44,348 nt of DNA from Candidatus Aminicenantales bacterium (GTDB lineage Bacteria > Acidobacteriota > Aminicenantia > Aminicenantales > Saccharicenantaceae): the NCBI GenBank assembly GCA_049512315.1, contig JBEKXF010000026.1, forward strand, positions 1 through 44,348, in the 5' to 3' direction. How positions within the stretch are numbered: position 1 is the stretch's first letter; each line of letters begins with the position of its first letter. Below, one piece after another: positions 8,900 through 17,843 of this stretch. The notes beneath the pieces are model-generated. The model made no database searches. It saw nothing but the letters and a program-made list of their open reading frames with translations, and had not been told where the DNA came from. The position numbers and the translations under genes were made by a program.

Positions 8900-9442
8900 A
8901 TGAAAAAATCATTGGCTCGAGTTGTTTTGGTTTTTCCCTTGGCTTTGTTGCTTTGCCTTGCCTTCGGCTGTCAGAAAAAGCCTGAAGAGGCAGCGGTCAA
9001 AGCGATGGTCCCAGTGGTCAACCTTGAGGCTGAGAAGACGGCTGTTAAGGCCGTGATCGATCAGTATATGCAAAGCTGGAAAACTAAGGATATGGAAGCT
9101 TTTTCTAAGGTCGTGGCCCACGATTCCGACATGATCAATTTCGGTACAGATGCCGCTGAAAGGTGGGTTGGGTGGGAATCACTCAAGGACTCAATGGAGC
9201 GGCAAAATAAGTCAATTAATTTTGAAGTAATTTCAATCCGAGACGAAGTCATCAAAGTTCACAATTCAGGTGAAGTCGCTTGGGTTTCGGCGACATGCGA
9301 TGCGAAGGGGAAAGCTCAAGGGCAGCCTTTTAGTATGGAGGGATGGAGAGTCACTGCAGTGCTAGAGAAACGGGCCGGAAGCTGGGTGATTGTCCAATTT
9401 CACATTTCTGTGCCAGTCGCGGGTCAGGCGGTCAAGTATTGA
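8900..9442 (+). CDS. SnoaL/NTF2-like lipoprotein
   Basis: RBS aggagg, lipobox LAFGC, RVTAVLEKRAGSWVIVQFHIS. Confidence 0.85.
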   Translation: MKKSLARVVLVFPLALLLCLAFGCQKKPEEAAVKAMVPVVNLEAEKTAVKAVIDQYMQSWKTKDMEAFSKVVAHDSDMINFGTDAAERWVGWESLKDSMERQNKSINFEVISIRDEVIKVHNSGEVAWVSATCDAKGKAQGQPFSMEGWRVTAVLEKRAGSWVIVQFHISVPVAGQAVKY

Positions 9443-9511
9443 GCTATTTTTGCCAAGCTTCATAAGCTATTCATATCTGTTCTAGGCAGGACAAGGAGGC
9501 TAGGAAGGGTT

Positions 9512-9560
9512 GGTTTGCCCGAAGTTGCGGACGCCCACAAGCGGCTGGCGGCCCAGAAGG
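9512..9560 (+). pseudogene. Orphan kinase C-terminal tail [16 protein letters not shown]
   Basis: Matches GLPEV(E/A)DARKRL tails of the kinases ending at 15212 and 27016. Confidence 0.7.
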
Positions 9561-9565
9561 AAAAA

Positions 9566-9871
9566 ATGATGCCGAAAACAAAACTTGGAAAATGGGCAGG
9601 TGGATTGTTGGCAATTTTCCTTCCGTTTTTTATAGCGCTTATTCTTGGTAGGAATCTTTTAAGAATCTCTGCGGGGACCCCCCTAATTGTCATAGTGGGA
9701 ACATGTGCGATGATTGCCGGAATTGCTGCTTTCGTGACTGGGGCAATAAGCTTATTTAAGTTCAAGGATCGCTCATCTGTCGTGATACTTGCCGTAGCCT
9801 TTGGGTCTATTGCCATCCTCTGGTTCATAATGGAGTTAGTGGAAGAGATTACTCAACTCATTAGAGGATAA
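9566..9871 (+). CDS. Small membrane protein (about 3 TM helices)
   Basis: Three hydrophobic stretches; ATG at 9566 preferred because the upstream extension is the kinase-tail remnant. Confidence 0.65.
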   Translation: MMPKTKLGKWAGGLLAIFLPFFIALILGRNLLRISAGTPLIVIVGTCAMIAGIAAFVTGAISLFKFKDRSSVVILAVAFGSIAILWFIMELVEEITQLIRG

Positions 9872-9909
9872 AGTGAAATCCTATTCGATACATGGAAGTG
9901 GAGGGAAAC

Positions 9910-10188
9910 ATGACAGAAAAGTTATCCTATGAAGAATTCGTGAGGCAGGCAATCTTGAAACTGAGAACAGGAGATTATAAAGGAATTCACTCGGTTTACA
10001 GCGGTTTTAACGAAGCGTTCAGGAAGTATTATGACGGAGCGAACCCGATTGAGATCACGACTCAGCTTGCCCAGGAGAAGAAGATCGTTCTAAGGCCGAT
10101 AAAGGGTGGAGCGATGCTTTATTTACCGGAAGATGTTCCACAAAATACTAAAGCTGCGCAAGTACTTAAAAAAATGGGATTGCAGTAA
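9910..10188 (+). CDS. Hypothetical protein
   Basis: RBS ggaggg before ATG 9910; globular-looking 92 aa. Confidence 0.7.
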   Translation: MTEKLSYEEFVRQAILKLRTGDYKGIHSVYSGFNEAFRKYYDGANPIEITTQLAQEKKIVLRPIKGGAMLYLPEDVPQNTKAAQVLKKMGLQ

Positions 10189-10425
10189 GTGACAGACCTC
10201 TCTTTAATCGATTTGAGTGTAAGGATAAATTCATTACCTTTTAAATTTCGATATTGAAAACCCTATCTTTGTAGTCCTAACTGTAAATCCGGCGATAATG
10301 GACTAACGCTGAACGAGAGCCGAAGCGCCTCCCCTCATATCCGTATGGCCTGGTCTCCTGTTAAAAAACTTGTAGCCATCCGCACTTGACTTGGAGCCTA
10401 ATATGATTGGAAGGAGGATTGACGG

Positions 10426-10530
10426 ATGACTGAGGAGAAACCCTGTCGGAATGCCAAGGAGGACGACCGCCTCTACTTGACCCTATCGCCTCTAGAGGAC
10501 GCGGGGGCGGAGGAGGCGCTAAGGTTCTGA
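10426..10530 (+). CDS. Putative 34-aa small protein
   Basis: RBS aggagg, MTEEKPCRNAKEDD...; first ORF of a compact operon. Confidence 0.3.
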   Translation: MTEEKPCRNAKEDDRLYLTLSPLEDAGAEEALRF

Positions 10531-10546
10531 TGAGGAGGTTCGAGAG

Positions 10547-10849
10547 ATGAAGACGCTGTACCTGACTTTTACGAAGGACCGGGAGGCGAAGGGCTACCCC
10601 GTCGCCGTCTTCCGGCTCCATCTCTTCCGCCGCGGCCAGCCCCGCGGCGAGGCGTGGTTCGCCGCGAAGGACCGGAAGTGGCGCGAGTGCGGGTTGCTCG
10701 TCGTCGAATACCTGTTTGAGGGTCTGAATATGTTCCGCCGGATAACGCCGAGCGAGGCCCGGCGGATTATCCGGCGCGAGCGGCGGAGGCGGAGCCGCTT
10801 CTGCTGGGTGGAAGACGACGCGATTGAGGTTGAGAGGGGGAGAGGATGA
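10547..10849 (+). CDS. Hypothetical basic protein (phage/plasmid-like)
   Basis: RBS gaggagg; ATGA overlap with the next ORF. Confidence 0.6.
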   Translation: MKTLYLTFTKDREAKGYPVAVFRLHLFRRGQPRGEAWFAAKDRKWRECGLLVVEYLFEGLNMFRRITPSEARRIIRRERRRRSRFCWVEDDAIEVERGRG

Positions 10850-11328
10850 ACGACGAGAAAAAACCGACGGGACCGCTAAAGGCCGGGGAAATCTCCGACG
10901 AGGCGCAATTCCGGAGGGACCTGAGGACGATGGAGGCCGACAATCTCCGTCTTTTCGGGAAACAAAAGCCGAGCGGGATGTTCCAGCCGACGCTCGGCAA
11001 GGGTCCGGCCCGAGTGCTCTTCTTCACGCTCCGGGAGACTGTGAAGAACCTGACGAAGATGGACCTGAGGAAAGCGCCCGAGCGGAAGGACCACCTCGAA
11101 TACCATCACTCGAAGAAATCTCAGGACGAACTCTGCCGGGCCGCGATAGCTAGGCTCGGGCCGGAGAAGGCGGCGGAGGCGGGGCGACTGCTGGTAGAGT
11201 TGCTCGAAGCCTACATCGAGGAACACGGCCCCTACGAAACGGCCGGAGAGTGGCTCCCCCACGACAAGCACGTTGAAGCAAACCGCCGTCAAGCGGCTGA
11301 AAGGAAAATGAACAATGACCATCGCTGA
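10846..11328 (+). CDS. Hypothetical protein (phage/plasmid-like)
   Basis: Translational coupling to the upstream ORF; GC3-rich codons. Confidence 0.6.
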   Translation: MNDEKKPTGPLKAGEISDEAQFRRDLRTMEADNLRLFGKQKPSGMFQPTLGKGPARVLFFTLRETVKNLTKMDLRKAPERKDHLEYHHSKKSQDELCRAAIARLGPEKAAEAGRLLVELLEAYIEEHGPYETAGEWLPHDKHVEANRRQAAERKMNNDHR

Positions 11329-11380
11329 AGCCATCCGCCGCGAGCGGAGGCGATGACCCGGCCTCGCGGATGGAGATGCG

Positions 11381-11731
11381 GTGATGTACTCGACGGCTCG
11401 ACCGAACGAAGCGGAGCGCGAGGTGCTGGGCTGGGTGGAGGAGGTCCTGTCGCGGTTGGACGAGCGGACGCGGGAGAAGGTCGAGCGCCGGGTGCTGTTC
11501 GTCGTGACGGATGAGGACCGCGCTGGCGTTGTCCATCGCCTTGAGCCGACCGTTCGCGTCGTCCTCGCCCTGAACCTCTTTGAGTGCGGCCGCGAATACG
11601 CGCTCCACGTTATCGCCCACGAGCTTGGCCATTGCCTCGTCGGAGACGACGAGGACGAGGCCGAGCTTTTCGCGGAGGCCCTTGGCTTTCCCCATCCCTT
11701 CGCTACATCGAACGAAGCAGAGGCCCATTAA
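11381..11731 (+). CDS. Small HExxH zinc metallopeptidase-like protein (ImmA/IrrE-like)
   Basis: HVIAHELGHCL followed by EDEAELFA. Confidence 0.65.
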   Translation: MMYSTARPNEAEREVLGWVEEVLSRLDERTREKVERRVLFVVTDEDRAGVVHRLEPTVRVVLALNLFECGREYALHVIAHELGHCLVGDDEDEAELFAEALGFPHPFATSNEAEAH

Positions 11732-12053
11732 TGACCCCGAAAAACGGCCCTAGAAATTGCGTGATTTCCGGAGACGCCCCCCCCGAACCTGTATCTGGGC
11801 CTGAACGCCCCGCTCCGGACCTAGAGGAAGCCGTAGATGGGCCTTCCGCGACCCTAAAGGCCCAATAATAGCCCGATAGGCCCCCCTCTGAGCCTCGGCT
11901 CTCCCAATGGCGCCGGGACGAGCCCGAGTAGGGGGCCTCAGCCACGATGAAAAGCCCCCGCCATACTCTCTCATAGCCCGGCGTTCGGCCTCTAGGGGGC
12001 GCGTCGGGAGGGTTCGCACTTGATCCCATCATATCGAGCGGCGACAGTCACGT

Positions 12054-12082
12054 TTGACTTCCGCCCCTAACGGCGTTATCCT
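12054..12082 (+). promoter_or_regulatory. Kinase promoter
   Basis: TTGACT-17bp-TATCCT; related to promoters at 23818, 34331, 39165. Confidence 0.6.
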
Positions 12083-12110
12083 TCGGCCTGCATAGAAGAG
12101 GGGGCCAGCA

Positions 12111-15100
12111 GTGGCCATCACGTGCCCGAAATGTCATTCTGACAACTCCGAGACGGCGCGATTCTGCGCTGATTGCGGCACCCAGCTCCCTCTGCCCCAA
12201 GATCATTCCCCGGTCATGACGGAAACCCTTCAAACACCTGTTCATGAGTTAAGCAGAGGGACTACAATTGCGGGAAGGTACGAGATCATCGAAGAGCTCG
12301 GACGGGGAGGGATGGGCAAAGTCTACCGGGTAGAGGACAAGAAGATCAAGGCAGAGATCGCCCTGAAGCTCATCAAGCCGGAGATCTCTTCCGACAAAAA
12401 GACGATCGAACGGTTCAGCAACGAATTGAAAACGACTCGGATGATATCCCATAGGAACGTCTGCCGCATGTTTGACCTTGGTGAGGAGAAGGGAACCTAC
12501 TTCATCACCATGGAATATGTGGCGGGACAGGACCTGAGAGGGTTGATCAAGCAGACAGGTCAATTGACGGTCGGGAAAGCGATCGCCATCGCCAAGCAGA
12601 TCTCCGAAGGGCTGGCGGAGGCGCACCGGCTGGGAGTCATTCATAGGGATCTCAAACCCTCCAACATTATCATCGACAGGGAGGGCAACGCCCGGATCAT
12701 GGATTTTGGGATTGCCAGATCGCTTCACGGCAAAAGCATTACCGGCGAGGGCATGATCATCGGGACGCCCGAATACATGAGCCCGGAGCAGGTGGAGGGG
12801 AAAGAAGCGGACCAGCGATCGGATATTTATTCTCTGGGAATCATTCTTTACGAAATGTTGACGGGCCGGGCTCCGTTCGAAGGCGATACGCCGCTCAGCA
12901 TCGCCGTGAAGCATAAGAGCGAGCAGCCGCAGAATCCGCGTGACCTCAACGCCCAGATCCCGGAAGAGTTGGGCCGTTTGATTTTGCGCTGCCTGGAGAA
13001 GGACAAGGCGAAGCGCTACCAGACGGCCGAAGAGCTCCACACGGACCTAGAGAGGGTCGAGGCCGGATTGCCGACGACCGAGCGCATAGTCGCCAAACGC
13101 AAGCCCGCGACCTCAAGAGAGTTCACGGTCAAATTCCGGCTCAATAGAGTCCTCGCTCCCGCCTTCGCCGGGATCATCATTATCGTTGCGGCGCTCGTAC
13201 TTGTCCCCAGGCTTTTCCATAAGAGACCTCCCGTATCCGCGTCCGGCCTGCCCTTCGTGGCGATCATGACCATAAAGAACAACACGGGCGATCAGAACAA
13301 CGATGACTTAGCGGGTATGCTGATCGATGACCTGTCCCAGGCGACATTCCTCGACGTCGTCCCCTTCGATAAGATGTACGGAGTCCTCCGCCGATTGGGC
13401 CTTCTCGGAAAAAGGGATTTCGCCGATGCCGATCTGAGGAACGTCGCGGCCGAGACCGGGGCGACCCACATTCTCACGGGCTTCCTGAACAAGTCAGGTG
13501 AGAAGTTAAGGGTCAACACGACTCTTCAAGAGATCGCGACCGGCAAGAATGTCGCCTCACCGTCGGCCGAGGGAGAAGTTGGGAAGGGGGTTTTCCCCCT
13601 CGTGGACGAGCTGAAGGCGAAGGTCAAGGGTCATTTCGGCGCCGCGAGCGGGGCGGCATCCGAAGGCACTGATAGGACTATTCAGGAGATCGCCACGACC
13701 TCTCCTGAGGCTTATCGGTACTATAGCGAAGCTCGGAAACTGCACATGAATGGGGACTATGCAGAGAGTATTGCGATCATGCAGAAGGCAATTGCCCTTG
13801 ACCCGACGTTCGCCATGGCCTATAGAAGTTTGGCCGCGAGCAACGGCAACCTGGGCATCCTCTCTGAAAAGCGGCGCTACCTGCAGAAGGCCGTTGAATT
13901 CAGCCAGCGTCTGCCTGATAAGGAACGCCTCTATATTCAGGCAAATCTCTATGAATGTTCGGAAAGAACCTATGAGAAAGCCCTGGCCATCTATAGGAAA
14001 CTCGTGGCGGATTATCCGCATGACCCGCTCGCCGTGTATTGGTGCACCGGTTATTCTGTTGTTTACGACGATCTGGAGGAATACGAAAAATCTGCCGAAC
14101 AGGCCGAGGCGGTCCGGCGCCTGGATCCGGAGTCGTTCAATTCGGTGTTTAACGTCTGGGAAGCGTATTGTTCCCAGGGTGCTTATGATAAGGCCCAAAA
14201 GGTCGTGGAAGATCGGCTGCGGCAAAGCGACCGCGCTCTTATCCGCGTAGGGCTCGGGTGGGCCTTGCTTCTCCAGGGCAAATTCGACTTGAGCGCGGCC
14301 GAATTGGATAAAGCCATCGCCATGGCCCCCGGACTCTATAGTGGCTATTTATATAAGGGCCATCTCCGGTTGATTCAAGGGAATTTTGCCGAAGCGGAAA
14401 TGAACTATCGGAAGCTCTTTGACATCAACGATGAAGAGTCTCAGCTCTATGGCCGCGAAGCACTGGGCTATCTCTTCCTGGCACGGGGGGAATTCGGCCT
14501 CGCCGAGAAATACTTGAATGAGTCCGTCCAATTGGCCGCCCGGAATCACCGCGAGACGTCCGAGTGTGAGGACCGGTTGGCTTTGGGCTTTCTCCTCCTC
14601 GAATCCGGAGTTCCGCGCGACGCCCTCAGAGAATTTGCGACGGTCGAAAAGGAGGCCCAAACGGTCGACAGCTACAAATACGAAAGGCCGGCGTTGCTCG
14701 GTCGGGGCCTGGCCTCTCTAGCGCTGAGGTCCTTGGCCGACGCCGAGAAGGCGGCCGCGGACCTCAAGAAGTTGAATGACTCGGGGATGAACAGGAAGGC
14801 CTATCGCTATGGTTCTTTCCTTGTCGGGTCGATCGAGCTCGAGAAAGGGGACTATCCCCGGGCGGTTCGGCATTTTCAAGACGCCATCGGCCAATTGTCT
14901 TCAGAATTCGCAAATGAGAGAGAATGTGCGTGGTTCCGGGAGGCTCTGGCATTGGCCTATTGGAAAGCCGGCGATCTGCAAAGGGCCCGTGATACTTATA
15001 CACAGATAACAACGTTGAATTTCGGCCGCAAGAAAGCCGGGGAGATCTACGCCCGGAGCCATTATCGGCTGGGCCTTATCTATGAGAAGCTCGGCGACAA

Positions 15101-15212
15101 GACCCGCGCCCGCGAGAATTACCACAAATTCCTCGACCTCTGGAAGGACGCCGACCCCGGCCTGCCCGAGGTTGAGGACGCCAGGAAGCGGCTATCGAAC
15201 TTAGGAATGTGA
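12111..15212 (+). CDS. Zinc-ribbon Ser/Thr protein kinase with TM, TolB-N-like domain and TPRs (K1)
   Basis: CPKC..FCADC, GRGGMG, HRDLKP, DFG, YMSPEQ, TM segment, TPRs, [15 protein letters not shown] tail. Confidence 0.95.
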   Translation: MAITCPKCHSDNSETARFCADCGTQLPLPQDHSPVMTETLQTPVHELSRGTTIAGRYEIIEELGRGGMGKVYRVEDKKIKAEIALKLIKPEISSDKKTIERFSNELKTTRMISHRNVCRMFDLGEEKGTYFITMEYVAGQDLRGLIKQTGQLTVGKAIAIAKQISEGLAEAHRLGVIHRDLKPSNIIIDREGNARIMDFGIARSLHGKSITGEGMIIGTPEYMSPEQVEGKEADQRSDIYSLGIILYEMLTGRAPFEGDTPLSIAVKHKSEQPQNPRDLNAQIPEELGRLILRCLEKDKAKRYQTAEELHTDLERVEAGLPTTERIVAKRKPATSREFTVKFRLNRVLAPAFAGIIIIVAALVLVPRLFHKRPPVSASGLPFVAIMTIKNNTGDQNNDDLAGMLIDDLSQATFLDVVPFDKMYGVLRRLGLLGKRDFADADLRNVAAETGATHILTGFLNKSGEKLRVNTTLQEIATGKNVASPSAEGEVGKGVFPLVDELKAKVKGHFGAASGAASEGTDRTIQEIATTSPEAYRYYSEARKLHMNGDYAESIAIMQKAIALDPTFAMAYRSLAASNGNLGILSEKRRYLQKAVEFSQRLPDKERLYIQANLYECSERTYEKALAIYRKLVADYPHDPLAVYWCTGYSVVYDDLEEYEKSAEQAEAVRRLDPESFNSVFNVWEAYCSQGAYDKAQKVVEDRLRQSDRALIRVGLGWALLLQGKFDLSAAELDKAIAMAPGLYSGYLYKGHLRLIQGNFAEAEMNYRKLFDINDEESQLYGREALGYLFLARGEFGLAEKYLNESVQLAARNHRETSECEDRLALGFLLLESGVPRDALREFATVEKEAQTVDSYKYERPALLGRGLASLALRSLADAEKAAADLKKLNDSGMNRKAYRYGSFLVGSIELEKGDYPRAVRHFQDAIGQLSSEFANERECAWFREALALAYWKAGDLQRARDTYTQITTLNFGRKKAGEIYARSHYRLGLIYEKLGDKTRARENYHKFLDLWKDADPGLPEVEDARKRLSNLGM

Positions 15213-15222
15213 ACGAGATAAA

Positions 15223-17736
15223 ATGAAATGCCCTAAGTGTCAGGCCGAGAACCCAGAGACTAAGCTGTTCTGCGGAGATTGTGGGACACAGTTGCCTCCT
15301 CCCCAAGAGCATCCTCCGGTCATGACAGAGACCCTCCAAACGCCTGCCCGCGAGCTCACGACAGGCTCCACCTTCGCCGGTCGCTACCAGGTCATCGAAG
15401 AGCTCGGCCACGGCGGCATGGGCCGGGTCTACAAGGTCTTCGATACCAAGATCAAAGAGAAGGTCGCTCTGAAGCTCATCAAGCCCGAGGTCGCCTCGGA
15501 TAAAGAGACGATCGAGCGGTTCTCTAACGAGATCCGTCTGGCCCGGAGGATCAGACACAAGAACGTCTGCGGGATGTTTGACATCGGGGAGGCGGAGGGC
15601 GCTCATTTCATCACTATGGAATATGTCCATGGCGAGGATCTCAAGAGCCTGATCCACATGTCCGGGAGCCTGAGCCTGGGCATGCTGCTGAGCGTCGGGA
15701 AGCAGGTCTGCGACGGGCTGGCCGAAGCCCATAGCCTGGGCGTTGTCCACCGGGACCTAAAACCTCAGAATATCATGATTGACAAGAACGGGAACGCCAA
15801 GATCATGGATTTCGGGATCGCCCGGTCGGTCAAGGATAAAGGGATAACGGGCGCCGGGGTGATGATCGGAACGCCCGAGTACATGAGTCCGGAGCAGGCC
15901 GAAGCCAAAGAGGTCGACCATCGCTCTGACATCTATTCCCTGGGAGTTATTCTTTATGAGATGGCGACAAGCCACGTGCCCTTCACAGGGGAGACGGCCC
16001 TCAGCATCGCGATGAAGCACAAGGGCGAGACGCCGAAAGACCCTAAGCAGCTTAATCCAGGGATCCCCGATGACCTAAGTAGCGTCATTCTCAAGTGCCT
16101 GGCAAAGGACCAGAGTAGTCGATACCAGAACGCCGGCGACGTGCGTTCCGAGCTGGAGAAGATCGAACGGGGAATCCCGACGACCGAGCGGGTCATCCCC
16201 GCCCAAAAGCCGTCAACCTCGAGGGAGATCACGGTCAAGTTCAGCCCGAGGAAATTCTTGGCGCCTGCTCTGATCGTCGCCGTTGTCGCGCTCGCCGCCG
16301 TGGGGTATTGGCTGCTGGCACCTAAGAAACACGCGCCTTCCGCGGCATCACAGAAACGTTCGATCGCCGTGCTGCCGTTTACCGATTTGAGCCAGGCCAG
16401 GCAGTATGAATACCTCTGCGACGGCCTGTCGGAAACGCTGATCGATGCCCTGACCCACATCGAGGGTCTTTGGGTTCCGGCCAGGACCTCGGCCTTTTTC
16501 TTCAAAGGGAAAACGCAGGACGTCCGTGAGATCGGCCAGAAGCTCGGCGTAGACAGCGTGCTCGAAGGCAGTGTCCAAGTGGCCGGAGACAATCTCCGGG
16601 TCACGGCTCGAATCAGCAACGTTCAAGACGGCCGACAGGTCTGGTCCGAGATCTACAACCGCAAAATGGCGGACATATTCGCCATCCAGGACGATATCGC
16701 CAAGGCCATCGTTACGGCCCTGAAGATCAAGCTGCTCGGCGAAAGGGGCGCACCGCTCGTCAAGAACTATACCGAGAACCTCGAGGCATACCGGCTGTAT
16801 CTACAGGGCCGCAAATTATGGAACACGCGCGGTGAAGCCGAGCTCATAAAATCTCTTGATTATTTCGAGAAGGCGATCGAAGCAGACCCAAAATATGCGC
16901 TGGCCTATGTGGGCCTGGGCGACACTTATTATATCCTCGGGAATAACGGCATCTGGCCGCCCAAACAGGCCTATCCCAAAGCCAAGGAAGCGACGGCAAA
17001 GGCTTTGGAAATAGACGATAAGCTCGCGGAAGCCCACGCGACTTTGGGAAGCATCCTCGGTGATTATGATTGGGACTATGCAGCCGCCGAGAAGGAATTC
17101 AAGCTGGCCATCGAGCTCAATCCCGGCTATGCCACAGGCCACCAATATTACGCGTACCATCTGGAAAACCTGGGACGTTTCGAAGAGGCCATGCGCGAGA
17201 TCAGGAACGCCCGGGACCTCGACCCCTTGTCGCCCAGGATATGCGCCAACGTAGGCCTTTTCCTGTTTTATCAACGCCGATACGGCCAGGCCATTGAGGA
17301 ATTGAGCAAAGCGCTTGAAGTGGACCCGACGCATGCCGCGACTTATACCTGGCTCGGCTGGTCGTATGAAGCGATGGGGAAATACGATGAAGCCATCAAG
17401 TACCACAGTCGGGCTGCTGACCTCAGGGGTTGGCCTAAAGGCTTGAACCCGTACTTGGCCGGCTGCTACGCGCTAATGGGGAAAAAGGAAGAGGCGCGAA
17501 GAATTCTCAACAATCTTATCGGGTATTCAAGAACGCGCTATTCGCCATCCGTAATCTTTGCGTCGATATGTTCGGCTCTGGGGGAGAAGGAACAGTGCTT
17601 TGTCTGGCTTGATAAGGCCTTCCGCGAGCGCGACCCGTTTCTGCTTATGTTTGTGAAACCCCTCCATTTGTTCGACCCGGTGCGCTCCGATCCGCGTTTC
17701 ACTGCCTTGATGCGCAAAATCGGCCTAGAAAAATGA
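15223..17736 (+). CDS. Zinc-ribbon Ser/Thr protein kinase with TM, TolB-N-like domain and TPRs (K2)
   Basis: Kinase motifs; SIAVLPF..LEGSV; TPRs; DPVRSDPRF tail. Confidence 0.95.
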   Translation: MKCPKCQAENPETKLFCGDCGTQLPPPQEHPPVMTETLQTPARELTTGSTFAGRYQVIEELGHGGMGRVYKVFDTKIKEKVALKLIKPEVASDKETIERFSNEIRLARRIRHKNVCGMFDIGEAEGAHFITMEYVHGEDLKSLIHMSGSLSLGMLLSVGKQVCDGLAEAHSLGVVHRDLKPQNIMIDKNGNAKIMDFGIARSVKDKGITGAGVMIGTPEYMSPEQAEAKEVDHRSDIYSLGVILYEMATSHVPFTGETALSIAMKHKGETPKDPKQLNPGIPDDLSSVILKCLAKDQSSRYQNAGDVRSELEKIERGIPTTERVIPAQKPSTSREITVKFSPRKFLAPALIVAVVALAAVGYWLLAPKKHAPSAASQKRSIAVLPFTDLSQARQYEYLCDGLSETLIDALTHIEGLWVPARTSAFFFKGKTQDVREIGQKLGVDSVLEGSVQVAGDNLRVTARISNVQDGRQVWSEIYNRKMADIFAIQDDIAKAIVTALKIKLLGERGAPLVKNYTENLEAYRLYLQGRKLWNTRGEAELIKSLDYFEKAIEADPKYALAYVGLGDTYYILGNNGIWPPKQAYPKAKEATAKALEIDDKLAEAHATLGSILGDYDWDYAAAEKEFKLAIELNPGYATGHQYYAYHLENLGRFEEAMREIRNARDLDPLSPRICANVGLFLFYQRRYGQAIEELSKALEVDPTHAATYTWLGWSYEAMGKYDEAIKYHSRAADLRGWPKGLNPYLAGCYALMGKKEEARRILNNLIGYSRTRYSPSVIFASICSALGEKEQCFVWLDKAFRERDPFLLMFVKPLHLFDPVRSDPRFTALMRKIGLEK

Positions 17737-17789
17737 GTTTCAAGAGACTTAGAGATTATAAGGAACGTCTCGGCCCTTTTGGGAACGGC

Positions 17790-17843
17790 GACCCCGGCCT
17801 GCCCGAGGTTGCGGATGCCAGGAAGAGATTGGCGGCGCTATGA
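17790..17843 (+). pseudogene. Orphan kinase C-terminal tail [17 protein letters not shown]
   Basis: Near-identical DNA to the K1 and K4 3' ends; its TGA overlaps the K3 ATG. Confidence 0.8.
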
